64,000 bases of DNA, from contig CBFDEM010000040.1 in assembly GCA_965603825.1 (NCBI GenBank), forward strand, positions 372,001 to 436,000, given 5' to 3'. Made by a program: the position numbers and the translations under genes. Source of the stretch: Blepharisma stoltei ATCC 30299 (Eukaryota; Protista; Ciliophora). Shown here one piece after another: positions 50,888-63,550 of the stretch (its first letter is position 1; each line of letters begins with the position of its first letter). A model generated the notes under the pieces. The model did not search any database and was not told where the DNA came from. It saw only the letters and a list, made by a program, of their open reading frames with translations.

Positions 50888-51651
50888 TAAAAGTAAATTT
50901 TATGTTAAAATAAAGAAATGGCAGTGAGCTTAGAAATTATTGGCATATCTGAAAAGATTAAGCCATAATAATTAAGCTTTTGTATTTCAGAGTATATTTT
51001 TTTTCTAAGCAAATCAATATAATGTAGCGTAAATAATACGAAATCAGCCTCTTTTTTCATCAACGGAAACAAGTTTTAAGTTCAAGAATAGCACGTTTAA
51101 GCGTTTTAGATTAAATGCAATTTTATTTCTAAAAATAAATCTGGTCTAAATATATTTAATTCATTCAGGTTTTAAAACTTTTTGGCACATTAATACACAA
51201 TTTCAATTAAATAAGGACTTGATTGCGCTAGCTATAATAATTTTTAGAAAATTGTTTCTATCCATTTTATAATAGCAATAGCTTCACCTTATATTTAATA
51301 AGCCTATTAAAAACACCTATTAAATAAATGCAATTGATGCAGGATAATTTAGAAATCTACAAATTAAAAAGAAATAATAAGTAGAATCGTTTAGTTTTGA
51401 ATTAAATTTGTAGAAAGCAAAAATGCAAATGGATTGGCGATAAATAAGTAGCTTAATATTTAAAGTACAAAATCTAAACATATTAAAGTGTAGATATTTC
51501 TTGCTAAAAAATCGCAATTTAAGAGTTTATAATTAAATTAATTTTTTCAACAGATTCTCTATGCAGCTTCGAAGCAAATTTAATCACCCTTTTAAATTTC
51601 TGCTGTGAATAAAAAAAACAATACTTTGTATGAAAACGCCTATAATATTAA

Positions 51652-52398
51652 ATGGGCTGCTGTGAAACAAGAGATGCTCCTGCGAACAAAGAAAAGAAAA
51701 ACAACTCAAAAGAAGAGAACTCTCATAGTAAAGATCTAAAAGAATTCAAATTAAAACATGAGCCAGGCATGAGCTTTTGTTTATCAGAAAGCGATGAAAT
51801 CGTCGACGACAAAGTCCAAGAAATAATTGAATACAGCTCTACTTTAAAAAAAGATTCTCGGTGGATCCAAATTATAGAAACTGAGCACATCATCGTAAGG
51901 AGACTTGACGGATCGAAATATGGTGACAAATTCCCTGTCTTTTATTCAAAAATTTATTTTGATAATTACATTATGCCGAACATCATCATAAGGCAGCTCA
52001 ATGATGCTAAAGAGAGAAAAAAGTGAGATAAATCCATTTCTGATGTAGAAAATATTAGGGAAAATCTAGATGAAATTGTCGTTTATACATATATATCAGC
52101 GTTTGGGTATAAAGGAGATTTTTTGGAAAAGAAAACCGTTTTGAGAAGGGACGATCACGTTGTGATGGTTTCCTATTCAATTGAAGACGCTTCAAAGCCT
52201 CCTATTGATGGAGTTAGCAGGGGAGAAATTCTAATGACAATTCAAACAATTAAATATAAAAATGATAGAACCGTTATGACAATGATAACACATCAGAACT
52301 ATAAAGACGTTTTTGCATCACTTTTTAGCTATATGATACCCACGAAAATCAAAGAATGGGGCATGGCTTTCAGAAAAAGAGTTCATAGCTTGGCATAA
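51652..52398 (+). CDS. START-domain lipid-binding protein with MGCC acylation motif
   Basis: Joined via RKKW(TGA)DK at 52024; YSIED..PP..GVSRG. Confidence 0.78.
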
Positions 52399-52501
52399 AA
52401 TATTAAATAATAAAATTCAAACTAAAAATAGCCTTTTATTCAGGCTTGAAAATAATTTGTCAAATAAATTATTATACATTTATAAAGGCCTTTTAGAATT
52501 A

Positions 52502-53467
52502 CTAGGCTTCTGCGTTTCGAAGAAAAGGCATATTTGAATCTAACTTCTCACCTGACTGCTCATTATCTGATAAAGGGTCAGACCTTGATGCTGCTCTTCT
52601 CATCAATAAGCTCGAGTTCGCCGACACAAGACTCATAGCTGAAATGCATCTTGGTGTGAACGCAACTGCATTTCCTGCTCTATATACAGGAACCATGGGT
52701 GGATTTAATGTAGGAGTTCTTACTTTTTTCGATCTTACAGTCACCTTCTTCGGAATCAGCATCACATTGTTTTCAATTGAAGCGCTTCTTTCAAGGATAT
52801 CGTCTTTTGAGATCTCATTTTTCATCGGACTTATGCTTTGATCTAAGTCATAATTCTGTGACAAAATAACCCAGTTCGTTAATTTTCCAATAATACATGT
52901 TTCTTTTACTGAGTTGCAAATCAATAAAAATATCACAAGCCCAGATATTCCACAAATAACCATTAAAGCGATCATGTAGCCTTTTTCTTGGTCATTTGAA
53001 TCTGATAAATACTTGTCTGCGAGCAGGTAAACAATAACAAAAAGCATAACCATTACTGCAGTTAGAAGTGGGATGAAAAGAAAATGTGTAATCCCTTGCT
53101 TTAGGCTTTCTCTTGGAGAACACTTGTTAGAGACTTCAAAAACCATGGTAAATTTTGTTTGACAGAGCTCACATGTACCTTCTGCAAGGTCTTTGTCTTG
53201 AGAGACCAACCAGGTTTTGAGGCATTCTTCGTGTATGTACTTGACTGATCCTGTGCAGCGGCAAGGTGAAATCAGGGGGCAAGTAAGTGTTGCGTATTCC
53301 ATGCATATTCTGCATACATTTTCTTCTTTGTCGCTTTTCAATTTAGGAATTGCTATTGTTTCATCAAACTGATCTTTGCTTATTATTGGCAAAATTTTGC
53401 TTGGTTTTGAGAAATTTGACTCTTGGTGGAGGTCGAATTGGGCTTCACTATTTAATTCATGTGACAT
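52502..53467 (-). CDS. MARCH-type RING-CH membrane E3 ubiquitin ligase
   Basis: CRIC..SPCRCTGSVKYIHEECLKTW..CELC followed by two TM helices. Confidence 0.92.
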   Translation of the reverse strand: MSHELNSEAQFDLHQESNFSKPSKILPIISKDQFDETIAIPKLKSDKEENVCRICMEYATLTCPLISPCRCTGSVKYIHEECLKTWLVSQDKDLAEGTCELCQTKFTMVFEVSNKCSPRESLKQGITHFLFIPLLTAVMVMLFVIVYLLADKYLSDSNDQEKGYMIALMVICGISGLVIFLLICNSVKETCIIGKLTNWVILSQNYDLDQSISPMKNEISKDDILERSASIENNVMLIPKKVTVRSKKVRTPTLNPPMVPVYRAGNAVAFTPRCISAMSLVSANSSLLMRRAASRSDPLSDNEQSGEKLDSNMPFLRNAEA

Positions 53468-53574
53468 TTTGTATATGACTCCAATGCAAATCAGTTTAAA
53501 AAACTGAGATTTTTTACTAGGTATCCTTTTTTAATCAGCAGTACAGTTTTATTATGTTTTAGCTACCTACCTTA

Positions 53575-54385
53575 TTAAGAAATGGTAACACCCCGGCTTC
53601 TTCGAAGCTTATCAATTTCTATGTATTTCTCATTAGCGAGTTTTGCAGTCACATTAGCGATTTCTCTTTCCATACTCTTTTCCATTTCAACAACTACTTG
53701 CTTAAGGATATCGCAGTTTGCGATAGATCTCATTTCATCAATCTGTCCAGAATATAAGCTTCTCACTTCTTTTATTCTTTTGCTTTTTTCATCTTCAAAC
53801 ATTTGATTAATTCTATCAATTTGCTTATCACTAGTCCTCCCCATTATCGCCAAATTTTCTTTATGCGAAAGGGTATGACTTTTTACTCTCTGCTGTCTTT
53901 CTTGGATTTTCGACTCAAACAAATCTTCTTGCTTCTTTAAATTATCCTGCAATAAATGGTGGGCATTATTCGTACCGCATTCATGCTCTTTCATTACGTT
54001 TTCTATTGCGTGGAGATGAAGGTCCGGGAGGCTTGAAGTGTGTTTTGAAAGCATCCGAGTCCTTCTAGGAGGCTGCTCATGACGATTAAGTCTTGGTGCA
54101 TTTGGCGATTTGATGGCGTCTTTCACGTCCTTGCGTGCCAGGAATCCTTGCAGCTTCTTGTGATAGCTTGATGATTTTTGATCGTTTATGGACTCATAAT
54201 AATCAATTGCGGACTAAATTAGGGCTTACTGTGTAGAGCTTGATGATTTCATCAATTGTGGACTGGTCGCAGGATTCCTCGAGCTTCAGTTCTAAATCAA
54301 GTAATTTTTCTGCGAATTCTTGATGCTGGAATTCAAAGTCACTAAGTGAGCTATTCCTTCTAGTTTTTCTTCCTAATTTAAACAT
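53575..54385 (-). CDS. Hypothetical helical/coiled-coil protein; one 16-nt intron
   Basis: Exon 1 (52 codons) joins ORF 53575-54126 after intron removal, giving IKLYT-SAIDYYESI. Confidence 0.82.
54214..54229 (-). other. 16-nt spliceosomal intron
   Basis: gtaagccctaatttag; removal restores the frame. Confidence 0.88.
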
Positions 54386-54520
54386 TTGAATTGCTGTTAA
54401 AAATGTCCGAAAATATATTATTTGAAATTACCTTTTGAATAATAATAAAAGAATGAATTGCGGTAATGAAATGCTGTCATTAAATATAAAGCAGATTTTA
54501 TTATTTCAACATAAGAAAAT

Positions 54521-55414
54521 ATGAATAAAGAAGCCTATGAAAAGTAAGCTTAACTCAGCTTGTACATTGCTATAAAAGCTCAAAATGACAAACTTCGCCA
54601 AGAGTATAAATCAACCAAGCAAGCTTTTCTTGAAATTCAAACCAAGCTTAAACACCAAGAAAGACACCAATTGAGGATCCCTACTAGCAGAGACCTTACT
54701 CCTAAAGCGAAAGGAAGACTAATTGATAATGCTCACCGACAAATTGAAATTTATGAAAAAGACTTTCAAATGCTTTCACACAAATTAAAGCATTTTTCCA
54801 CAGAAGAAGTTGAAAAATTGGAAGATATTGTTAAAAGCAAAGAGGATCGATTTAAAGAGCTCGCCGATATTAATAAAAATTTAAAATCACAAGAAGTGAA
54901 AACTCGAGTTACAGAGTCGATGAGTAAAAAAGAAATTATGAGACTTGAAAAAGAATGCCAACAAAAGAAATTGGACTATATGAATTGAATTAAAACTTTA
55001 GAATATAAATTATTGGAAAATGCAAAATTAATTAAAGAAAGCGGCCAAAGATTAAGGGATCTCACAAGTAAATATTATGATCTTAAAATGCATAATCGCA
55101 GTGCAAGCGTAAGTCCTACAGTTTCTGTTAAAAATCGAAGCTTAGAAAGACTTGTTAATAGGACAATTATTGAATCAAATAATTCGAAATTTTCCAGCAA
55201 CCAAAAAATCAAAGAGCTTGAGTTGGATTTAAAGCAATTGCAAGAGCATGAAGCAAATTTGGCTCAAAAAGTCAAAGATAAAGAACAAGAATGTAAATTA
55301 TTGGCAATAAAACTGCAAGAAACTCAAGAAATGAGGTCATATACACCTATCCCTGATCTTCACACTCCTGATATATCTGTAATATATTCCCCTTCTGCGA
55401 ATTCTCTTAATTAA
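54521..55414 (+). CDS. Coiled-coil protein; one 15-nt intron
   Basis: MNKEAYEN-LYIAIK after intron removal; TGA 54986-54988 read as Trp. Confidence 0.8.
54544..54558 (+). other. 15-nt spliceosomal intron
   Basis: gtaagcttaactcag, contains an in-frame TAA. Confidence 0.85.
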
Positions 55415-55558
55415 TTTTGAAACAGCCTTTTTGATTATAATCATTAAAAAAAGTGGCAAAAATCCAAACTAACTTTTTTACGAAAAATTTTATCCAGAAT
55501 TGAAGCTTAGTTGCTTTAAAGTCTAATCTTTACTTAAACTTATTTTCTAATACTAAAC

Positions 55559-56251
55559 ATGTCAAGAGAAGAAATTGTCTATAGCACTAAGCTAGCAGAG
55601 CACGCAGAACGCTACTCCGACATGATCTCCAGCATCAAACAACTTATTGATGAAACTGGAGGAGCTCTGAACAATGAGGAGCGCACCTTACTCAGCGTTG
55701 CCTACAAGCAAGCTGTAGGTGAGCGCCGCAATGCAGCTCGCATTCTAAGCTCCTATAAAGAAAAGCTCAGTGCTCGTGGATCCGACCACCTCGACATTGT
55801 CGAAGAATATAGACAAAGAGTGATAAAAGAGCTTCATGACTTATGTCTAGAAGTCAGCCAATTGGTTGATGAAAAGCTTCTTGCAAGAAAAGACTCAGAT
55901 GAAGTGGAAGTCTTCTATTTAAAAATGAAAGGGGACTACTTCAGATACCTAGCTGAGTCTGGAGACGAAGAAGCCGTTCAAAGAAGCCATCAAGCCTATC
56001 AAGCAGCCTCTGATGCAGCAGTCAATCTCCCTACCAATAATCCAGTCAGGCTTGGACTTGCACTTAATTTCTCAGTTTTCTACTACGAAGCTATGAAGGA
56101 GCCAGAAAAAGCAGTCAGCCTTGCAAAGAAGACTTTTGAAGAGGCCTTACCTAGTCTAGAAGAGCTTGATGAAAGAGCTTACAAAGAAGCTACTTCCATT
56201 TTGGGGCTGATCAAGGACAACTTGACCATTTGGACAAGTGAAGAAGAATAA
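55559..56251 (+). CDS. 14-3-3 protein
   Basis: KLAEHAERY, LLSVAYK, KMKGDYFRY, RLGLALNFSVFYYE, DNLTIW. Confidence 0.97.
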   Translation: MSREEIVYSTKLAEHAERYSDMISSIKQLIDETGGALNNEERTLLSVAYKQAVGERRNAARILSSYKEKLSARGSDHLDIVEEYRQRVIKELHDLCLEVSQLVDEKLLARKDSDEVEVFYLKMKGDYFRYLAESGDEEAVQRSHQAYQAASDAAVNLPTNNPVRLGLALNFSVFYYEAMKEPEKAVSLAKKTFEEALPSLEELDERAYKEATSILGLIKDNLTIWTSEEE

Positions 56252-56488
56252 GTCATTAAGGATTCAAATTTTAAGTATTGAGTTATATAACAGAAATATC
56301 TAAGGCTGGAAATAGCCAGGAGAACCCTGTATAATAAATCAAAAATTATATTTTCAATAACATAATTTTTATATAGAAAATTGGCAAATTATATGATTTA
56401 TTAATCTAAACGGCTGAATTTCTGAAACTTTTATTAGCATTCTATAAAGCAGGAAGTGAAAATTTTTTCTAAAAGTAATATAATAAAA

Positions 56489-57613
56489 ATGGGAAAGAAA
56501 AATACCAAACGCAAGCCAAAAGGCAGCTCCAAAGCTCCAAAACTCTTACACGATATTGAAGTTGACTCGTTGACCTCAGACTCTCAAAATGATTTTTCAC
56601 TTCTAAGAGTATCAGAAAACCTTCCAGAAAGCCCCGAAAACCTCATCCCAGAAAATGCTGACGATCTACGAGAAGAAGTAATAGAGTCCATCAGCCAAAT
56701 CTACACTGAGTTTCTCAACGACTACATTTCTTGCAAAAACAAGCGTCTCAGTTCCAAAAATCCTCTTGAAAAACGACAAACTTACAACTTAGTTGTTGAC
56801 CGGGATTTTCGCAAAAAACTCAGACACGAGCTAAAGCAGCTGATTTATTCAGAGGGATCCAGAAGCGAGCTAAATTCTGCTCTTTTCGAAGGCGTGCACA
56901 TATTTATTGACTCTTTAAACGAACAAATATCAGAGCTTACAGGGAAAAGCAAAATGCTGCAGATCATTTGTATAGCTGAAGCTTACCACACCTTACAAAA
57001 TGCCGCTACACAGATTGGAAAAATAGTCAGCTGTTTATTTGAAGGCCCAATAGCGTCATTTGATACTATAAACAAGCTGGTTTTCCACGAAAAAATAGTA
57101 AAAAACAACGCAAGCCTAATTGACTATGTGAAAACGCAAGACCCAAGACATCATGCTGTACAAATGATAACAAAAATGGAAAGGGAACTTAAGTACGCGC
57201 TAACAATCTTAGCATCAGCCACAAACCCAATCCCACCTCCTAAGCCATATTTTGACGAGTGCGACCTACAAACACACTTTTCTGATGATTCTTATAGTGA
57301 TTCTGAAGAAGAGTTCCAAGGGGAGCCTCTTCATAATATGCCACTTGATGAACTTGTATCTTATATAGAAGGCGAGCCACACAATTCTCCTAAAAGAAGC
57401 AAAAAGAAAAATAAAAGCAAAGCATCGACAGCCGCAACTTCACCGACTAGGGAAGATGAAATAAATTCAGATTCACTTGATAAAGAAATAGAGGATTTTG
57501 AAAAAAGACTTGAGCTCAGCTCAATTCAAGAAAAGCAGAAAATTAAGCCAAAGTTGTCAAATGATTTCTTAAATCGGTTGAAGATACAAATTAAAGAACT
57601 TAAATCAAACTAA
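56489..57613 (+). CDS. Hypothetical protein with basic and acidic tracts
   Basis: Long ORF, likely start MGKKNTKRK; LDELVSYIEG motif. Confidence 0.78.
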   Translation: MGKKNTKRKPKGSSKAPKLLHDIEVDSLTSDSQNDFSLLRVSENLPESPENLIPENADDLREEVIESISQIYTEFLNDYISCKNKRLSSKNPLEKRQTYNLVVDRDFRKKLRHELKQLIYSEGSRSELNSALFEGVHIFIDSLNEQISELTGKSKMLQIICIAEAYHTLQNAATQIGKIVSCLFEGPIASFDTINKLVFHEKIVKNNASLIDYVKTQDPRHHAVQMITKMERELKYALTILASATNPIPPPKPYFDECDLQTHFSDDSYSDSEEEFQGEPLHNMPLDELVSYIEGEPHNSPKRSKKKNKSKASTAATSPTREDEINSDSLDKEIEDFEKRLELSSIQEKQKIKPKLSNDFLNRLKIQIKELKSN

Positions 57614-57886
57614 CAAAAAAATTAGGCTATTTAAATAAGTAATCAGGATTATAAAATCAGCTAAAGAAAGTGAAATTTAGTATTTATAAATTTCTTTAGT
57701 TTATATAATTTGTTTTCAAAACTGTTCTTATCGCTGAAAATTTAGATATTTAATATGAAATAGGGATTTTTGAGGATAGAATTTTATGAATTTTAAGGTG
57801 ATTAACAGTAGTATTCAAGATGGAAAAAATGAAAATGCTAGAGTCCGCTGATCAGAAAATATATGATTAAACTCATTATAAAAAAA

Positions 57887-58939
57887 ATGGATGATCAAAA
57901 TCAAGGACATAAATCCCACAAGACTTCAAGCTTAAATAGCATCCTCATTCTTATTGTAGTTCTTTCTCTTTTCTCTTTATCTCTCGCTGGCTATTATCTC
58001 AACAGAACTAATAATTTCATCTTAACAACAGATTTCGATATAGACAAATTTAAAGCATTTATAATAAAATACGACAAGTCATATAAAACAACTGATGATT
58101 ATATTGCTCGATTTAAAATATTTAAAGAAAACCTACTTAAAATACAAAATCATAATGATATGAAGAAGTCTTGGAGCTTTGGAATCACTAAATTTGCAGA
58201 TCTTACACAAGAAGAGTTTATCAACAATCATATTCCTGCGAATTATATAGTAGCCACACAAAGTTACGTTGCAAAATTTGAAGGAAAAACAGAAATAAAG
58301 TCAATTGATTGGGAAAAAAATGGCGCTGTAACATCAATAGTAAAAGACCAAGAGGGATGCATAGGCTCATGGGCTATTTCTGTAGCCGAAGCTACCAGTG
58401 CTTATTATTTTATAAATCATGGTAGCTTAATTGAGGCATCTTCTCAAGAACTAATTGACTGCTCTGGTGATTATAATAATAATGGTTGTTCAGGCGGATA
58501 TGCAGTCAATGCGTTTAAATATGTCAAAGAAAATGGCTTATCTTCTGCAGAAAATTATCCATTTGTTGGAATCGACCAAGAATGCAAGGCAAATGAACAG
58601 AAGCTAATTATGGCAAATGCGATTTACCAAAATAGCGTTCAATCAAATAACGTTTCTGAGCTTATTCAAGCTGTTTCTCAGCAGCCTGTCTTAGCACTAG
58701 TAGACAGCAAATCGTGACAATTTTATAAGAGTGGGATAATTACTGATGATTGCGGAGCGAATCTCAATCATGTAGTTATCATCACAGGATTTGACACAAC
58801 ACAAGAGAAGCCATATTGAATTATCAAAAATTCATGAGGCTATGATTGAGGAGAGAACGGCTTTGGAAAAATTGGAATATCTGAGGGAAGTGGAATTTGT
58901 GGAATTAATATGGATCCTTCTTTTCCTGTTATGCTATAA
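57887..58939 (+). CDS. Papain-family (C1A, cathepsin L-like) protease homolog with catalytic Cys replaced by Ser
   Basis: I29 prodomain (RFKIFKENL, TKFADLT), DQEGCIGSWA, LNHVV, and YWIIKNSWGYDWGENG with three TGA Trp codons. Confidence 0.92.
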
Positions 58940-59117
58940 AAATAAGGCTATATAGTTAAATATAAGTTCTAAAAAAAATTGGCTCATAAAATTGCTACAG
59001 AATTAAAAAATAATGTTTCGTAAAAAATTAAATCATTATGCTAAATACAGAACATTTAAAAATAGTCATTAAAGATTGCCAATGAATTAAAATACATCAA
59101 TAAATAAATTTTTCAAT

Positions 59118-60059
59118 ATGGATGATATAGGAAAGTGAATATATGGAATTGGTGGAGTTTGCACCTTAATAATAGGCTCATTTGCTGTTTTCAATGGAAT
59201 AAATTATTGAAAGTATAGGAATTTAAAAGATTTAAGTGTGCAAGATCTTGTGAATAATTCAGAAAACAATCCTACGAAATTAGTTTGTGTTTCAGGTATC
59301 GTCAGTGATAAGAATGCTTTTAAAGTAACAAAAATATAGCCAATACACTTTAAAAATTATGGGAAAATTGTTTATTCTGATACCATTGAATACAGATACG
59401 CACAATCTGGACGATGTCGTGAAATTCATGATCGGGTAATCAGTCAATTTTCATTAGTCCAAGGAAGACTCGAAATAATGATTAGCCCTTCAAACGATAC
59501 AAATATTTATACGAACACAATTTATTCCAAAAGTGAAAATTTATCTCCATCATTTGAACTCATGCTTCAAGGAGTAATGTCATTTATTTCTTCATGATTT
59601 GGCTCGGAGGTTATAATTCCGGTCGAAGTATTTCATGAAGTAGAAGAAAAAGTAATCTCATGCAACTCTGCTATCACTGCTATTGGAAAATTTTCGAAAA
59701 CAAATGGAAAAATTACAGTTATTCCTGACCATATTGGATTTTCTAAAAATGAAATTTTAAGGCATCTGAGAAAAAATCTTGGATGGTTATGGGCTACTGC
59801 AGTGATACTTGGGTGCGTTTTTGTTGTTCCTGCAATAAGGAGACTTAGAAAAAGAAGAAATTTGGAAAACCAATATAGAAACATCAGAGAAAATATTCCC
59901 GAAGGATTTCATTGCGTTATATGCTTAGAAAATCCTAGAGATACTCTTATTGAGCCTTGCAAGCATTTATGTGTCTGCAGAGTTTGCTGCGATAGCTTAA
60001 ATCAGTGCCCAGTTTGCAGAGCAGGAATACAAAACACCATAAGAATATACTATCCATAA
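59118..60059 (+). CDS. MUL1/GIDE-like membrane RING E3 ligase; one 15-nt intron
   Basis: N-terminal TM, soluble domain, second TM, RING CVIC..PCKHLCVC..CPVCR; continuous with TGA=Trp and intron 59325-59339 removed. Confidence 0.82.
59325..59339 (+). other. 15-nt spliceosomal intron
   Basis: gtaacaaaaatatag, ends in an in-frame TAG. Confidence 0.82.
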
Positions 60060-60214
60060 TCATAATTTTATCTTCCAGGAATATAAGTTTTAAACGTATA
60101 TTTTTGGTCATTTAAATACCATTTTATTGGTTAAGAAGTTAATTGAAATATTTTAAATAATTTCGCTAGCATTTTATCCTATTTCTATGCAAAATCTTAC
60201 ATACTTAATAATTA

Positions 60215-63200
60215 ATGTCTGTAGAGAAAGAGATCGACAAAAATGCCTTCACAAATTATATCCCTATGGATTCTGAAGAAGAAAATCCAGAACTCCCAAC
60301 CCAGTTAGGCCCAGATAAACTAACCCAAAGATACGACAGTCGAAAAATCATCGATCGGGAAGACGAATATCAGCGGCGCAAAAGATTAAGGACATTTTCC
60401 CCAGAAAGAGCTGATGCGTTTAATAAAACAGACAAAGACATAAATAAACGCTCATATGCTGACATCTTAAAAGAGCAAGCCCAGGTAAAAGCAGATAGAG
60501 AAAAGCAGAAAAGAAATCTGCAAGAAAAGCGAGAAAGGCTAAATAAAGGCGAAAGCAAATCTTATGAGCATGAGGCTTCTAATGATTATGCAAGCACAAG
60601 GAATGAAAGCGAGTCAGATACCAGGAAAACCAGATGGGGAGGAGAAACCCCAACGATTTCTAGGTCTCCTGAGCCTTCAGATGAAAATCAGGCAGGAAAA
60701 GCTAAAGACAATTGGGATGCCCCTTCTGAGAATTCTGACTCAACAGCACCTAATGTATACTCTAACATAACACCCCAGAACCTTAAAATGCTGAGACTTG
60801 CAAAAGAGCTAGAAGAAAGAAATAAATATTTGACTGATGAAGAGCTAAATGGGCTCCTTCCAATAGACGGCTATGAAATTGTGCCAGTCCCTGACACCTA
60901 TAAACCGCCAAAAACTAATAGAATAAACCCATTCTTAGGCGGCATGAATTTTTATCAAATCCCAGAAGAGCTTGGAAAACCTTATGAGGTACCTGGAGTT
61001 CCTGATTCAGGACCAAATGCATTGCCCCAAATAAAGCCAGAAGATTTAGGCTACTTTGGAGCTTTGCTACAAGAGGTGGATTTTGATAATTTGTCATATG
61101 AAGAACAAAAAGAGAGAAGAATCATGGAGCTTTTGCTAAAAGTAAAAAACGGTAACCCTATAATGAGGAAACAAGCTTTAAGACAAATCACAGAAAAAGC
61201 AAGAGAGCTAGGGGCTGGGCCTTTGTTTAGCCAAATTCTGCCTTTGATGATGTCGCCAACTTTAGAGGATCACGAAAGGCATTTATTGGTAAAAGTTATT
61301 GACAGAGTTTTATATAAATTGGACGACTTAGTAAGACCATACGTGCACAAAATATTGGTTGTTATTGAGCCTATGCTTATTGATGAAGATTTCTACGCAA
61401 GAGTCGAAGGCAGAGAAATAGTGTCATCATTAAGCAAAGCTGCAGGCCTTGCTACTATGATTGCTACAATGAGACCTGACATAGATCACATCGATGAATA
61501 TGTCCGCAACACAACAGCAAGAGCTTTTGCAGTGGTCGCTTCAGCCTTAGGAATTCCTGCTCTTTTACCGTTTTTAAAGGCAGTCTGTCATAGCAGAAAA
61601 TCATGGTTCGCTAAGCATACTGGCATAAAAATAGTTCAGCAGATTGCCATCCTAATTGGATGCTCCATTTTGCCACATTTAAAATCCTTGACTGAAATCA
61701 TAAAAGATGGACTCTTAGATGAGCAGCCAAAAGTAAGAACTATAACAGCTTTAGCAATAGCAGCGCTGGCTGAAGCATCTGCTCCTTATGGAATCGAAGC
61801 TTTTGAACATATTATCCAGCCTCTTTGGGAAGGTATTAAAACTCATAGTGGAAGAGCCCTTGCGGCGTTTTTAAAAGCTATGGGATATATAATCCCATTA
61901 ATGGATCCTGAGCATGCTGGCGCATGCACTCGCAAAATCATGCACGTAGTTATAAGAGAGTTTGACACTCAAGATGAAGATATGAAAAAAATTGTCCTAA
62001 AAGTCCTGAAGCAATGTGTCAGCACTGAAGGCGTCTCCGCAAACTATGTCAGAGATCACATTTTGCAAGACTTTTTCAGATCTTTCTGGCTTAGAAGAAT
62101 GGCGCTTGACAAAAAAAACTCAAAACCGCTCATAGAAACGACAGTAGAGCTAGCAAATAAGGTAGGAGGCGGAGAAATAATTGGGAGAATTGTAGACCAC
62201 TTGAAAGACGAGAACGAGCCTTTTAGAAAAATGGTATTGGAAACTATAGAAAAAATTGTTATAAATCTAGGCGTCGCAGATATCAACTCCAAGCTTGAAG
62301 AAAAAGTGATGGACGGGATGCTTTTTGCCTTTCAAGAACAAGCTACTGATGATTCCGCAGCCGTCATCAACGCATTTGGAACAGTAGTCAGTGCTTTAGG
62401 GATCAGATGCAAGCCTTCAATACCATACATTTGTGGTACCATTCAATGAAGACTCAATAATAGATCTCCAAGGGTAAGAATGCAAGCAGCCGATTTAGTT
62501 GCAAAAATTGCAATAGTGATGAAAGCCTGTGGTGAAGATAATTTAATGGGCAGAATGGGGGTGGTCCTCTATGAGTGCCTAGGAGAAGAATACCCTGAAG
62601 TGCTTGGGTCTTGTCTGTGCGCCTTAAAAGCTATCGTAAATGTGATAGGGATGACCAAGATGACGCCTCCAATAAAAGATTTGCTGCCAAGACTTACCCC
62701 TATTCTTAAAAACAGGCATGAAAAAGTCCAGGAAAACGTCATTGATTTAATAGGAAGAATTGCAGACAGAGGTGCTGAGTATGTCTCTGCTAAAGAATGG
62801 ATGAGAATCTGCTTTGATTTATTGGACCTGCTAAGAGCCCACAAAAAAGGGATCAGAAGAGCTACTGTGAATACATTTGGGTACATTGCGAAGGCTATTG
62901 GCCCTCATGATGTGCTAGGAACTCTTCTTAATAACCTGAAAGTCCAGGAAAGGCAAAACAGAATCTGTACCACAGTTGCCATTGCGATTGTAGCTGAAAC
63001 TTGTGGGCCTTTTACCGTCATTCCAGCCTTAATGAATGAGTATAGAGTTCCCGAGCTCAACGTCCAGAATGGAGTCCTTAAATCTTTCGCGTTTATGTTT
63101 GAGTATATTGGAGAAATGACAAAAGATTATATCTATGCAGTTACTCCTTTATTAGAAGATGCATTGGTTGATAGAGATTTAGTTCATAGACAAATTGCGT

Positions 63201-63550
63201 GTGCAGCTATAAAACATCTTGCAATTGGAGTGGAAGGGCTTGGCTGCGAAGACGCACTTACACATTTGCTTAATTTTATATGACCAAATGTTTTTGAAAA
63301 CTCTCCACATGTCATTAATGCTGTTATTGATGCGTTGGATGGACTTAGACTTGGCTTAGGTGTCGGAAGGCTGCTATCATATGTAACCCAAGGCCTTTTC
63401 CATCCTGCAAGAAAAGTTAGGGATGTATACTGGAGAATTTATAATTTATTGTACCTTGGAAATCAGGATGGCTTAGTCATGTCATTCCCAACACTGATTG
63501 ATGATGAAATGAACACGTATAGAAGAACTGAGCTAGAGCTATTCCTTTAA
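60215..63550 (+). CDS. SF3B1: Splicing factor 3B subunit 1, ~1111 aa
   Basis: Conserved HEAT region ([28 protein letters not shown]); TGA at 62447 (IQWRL) and 63281 (FIWPN). Confidence 0.97.

Noticed and set aside
51320-51517. 65-aa minus-strand ORF
   Set aside because: Non-ATG start, very AT-rich F/I/K/N-biased composition; likely intergenic.
914-63283. Many split ORFs read as pseudogenes or selenoproteins
   Set aside because: The breaks are TGA at Trp-conserved positions or tiny introns, not Cys/Sec sites.
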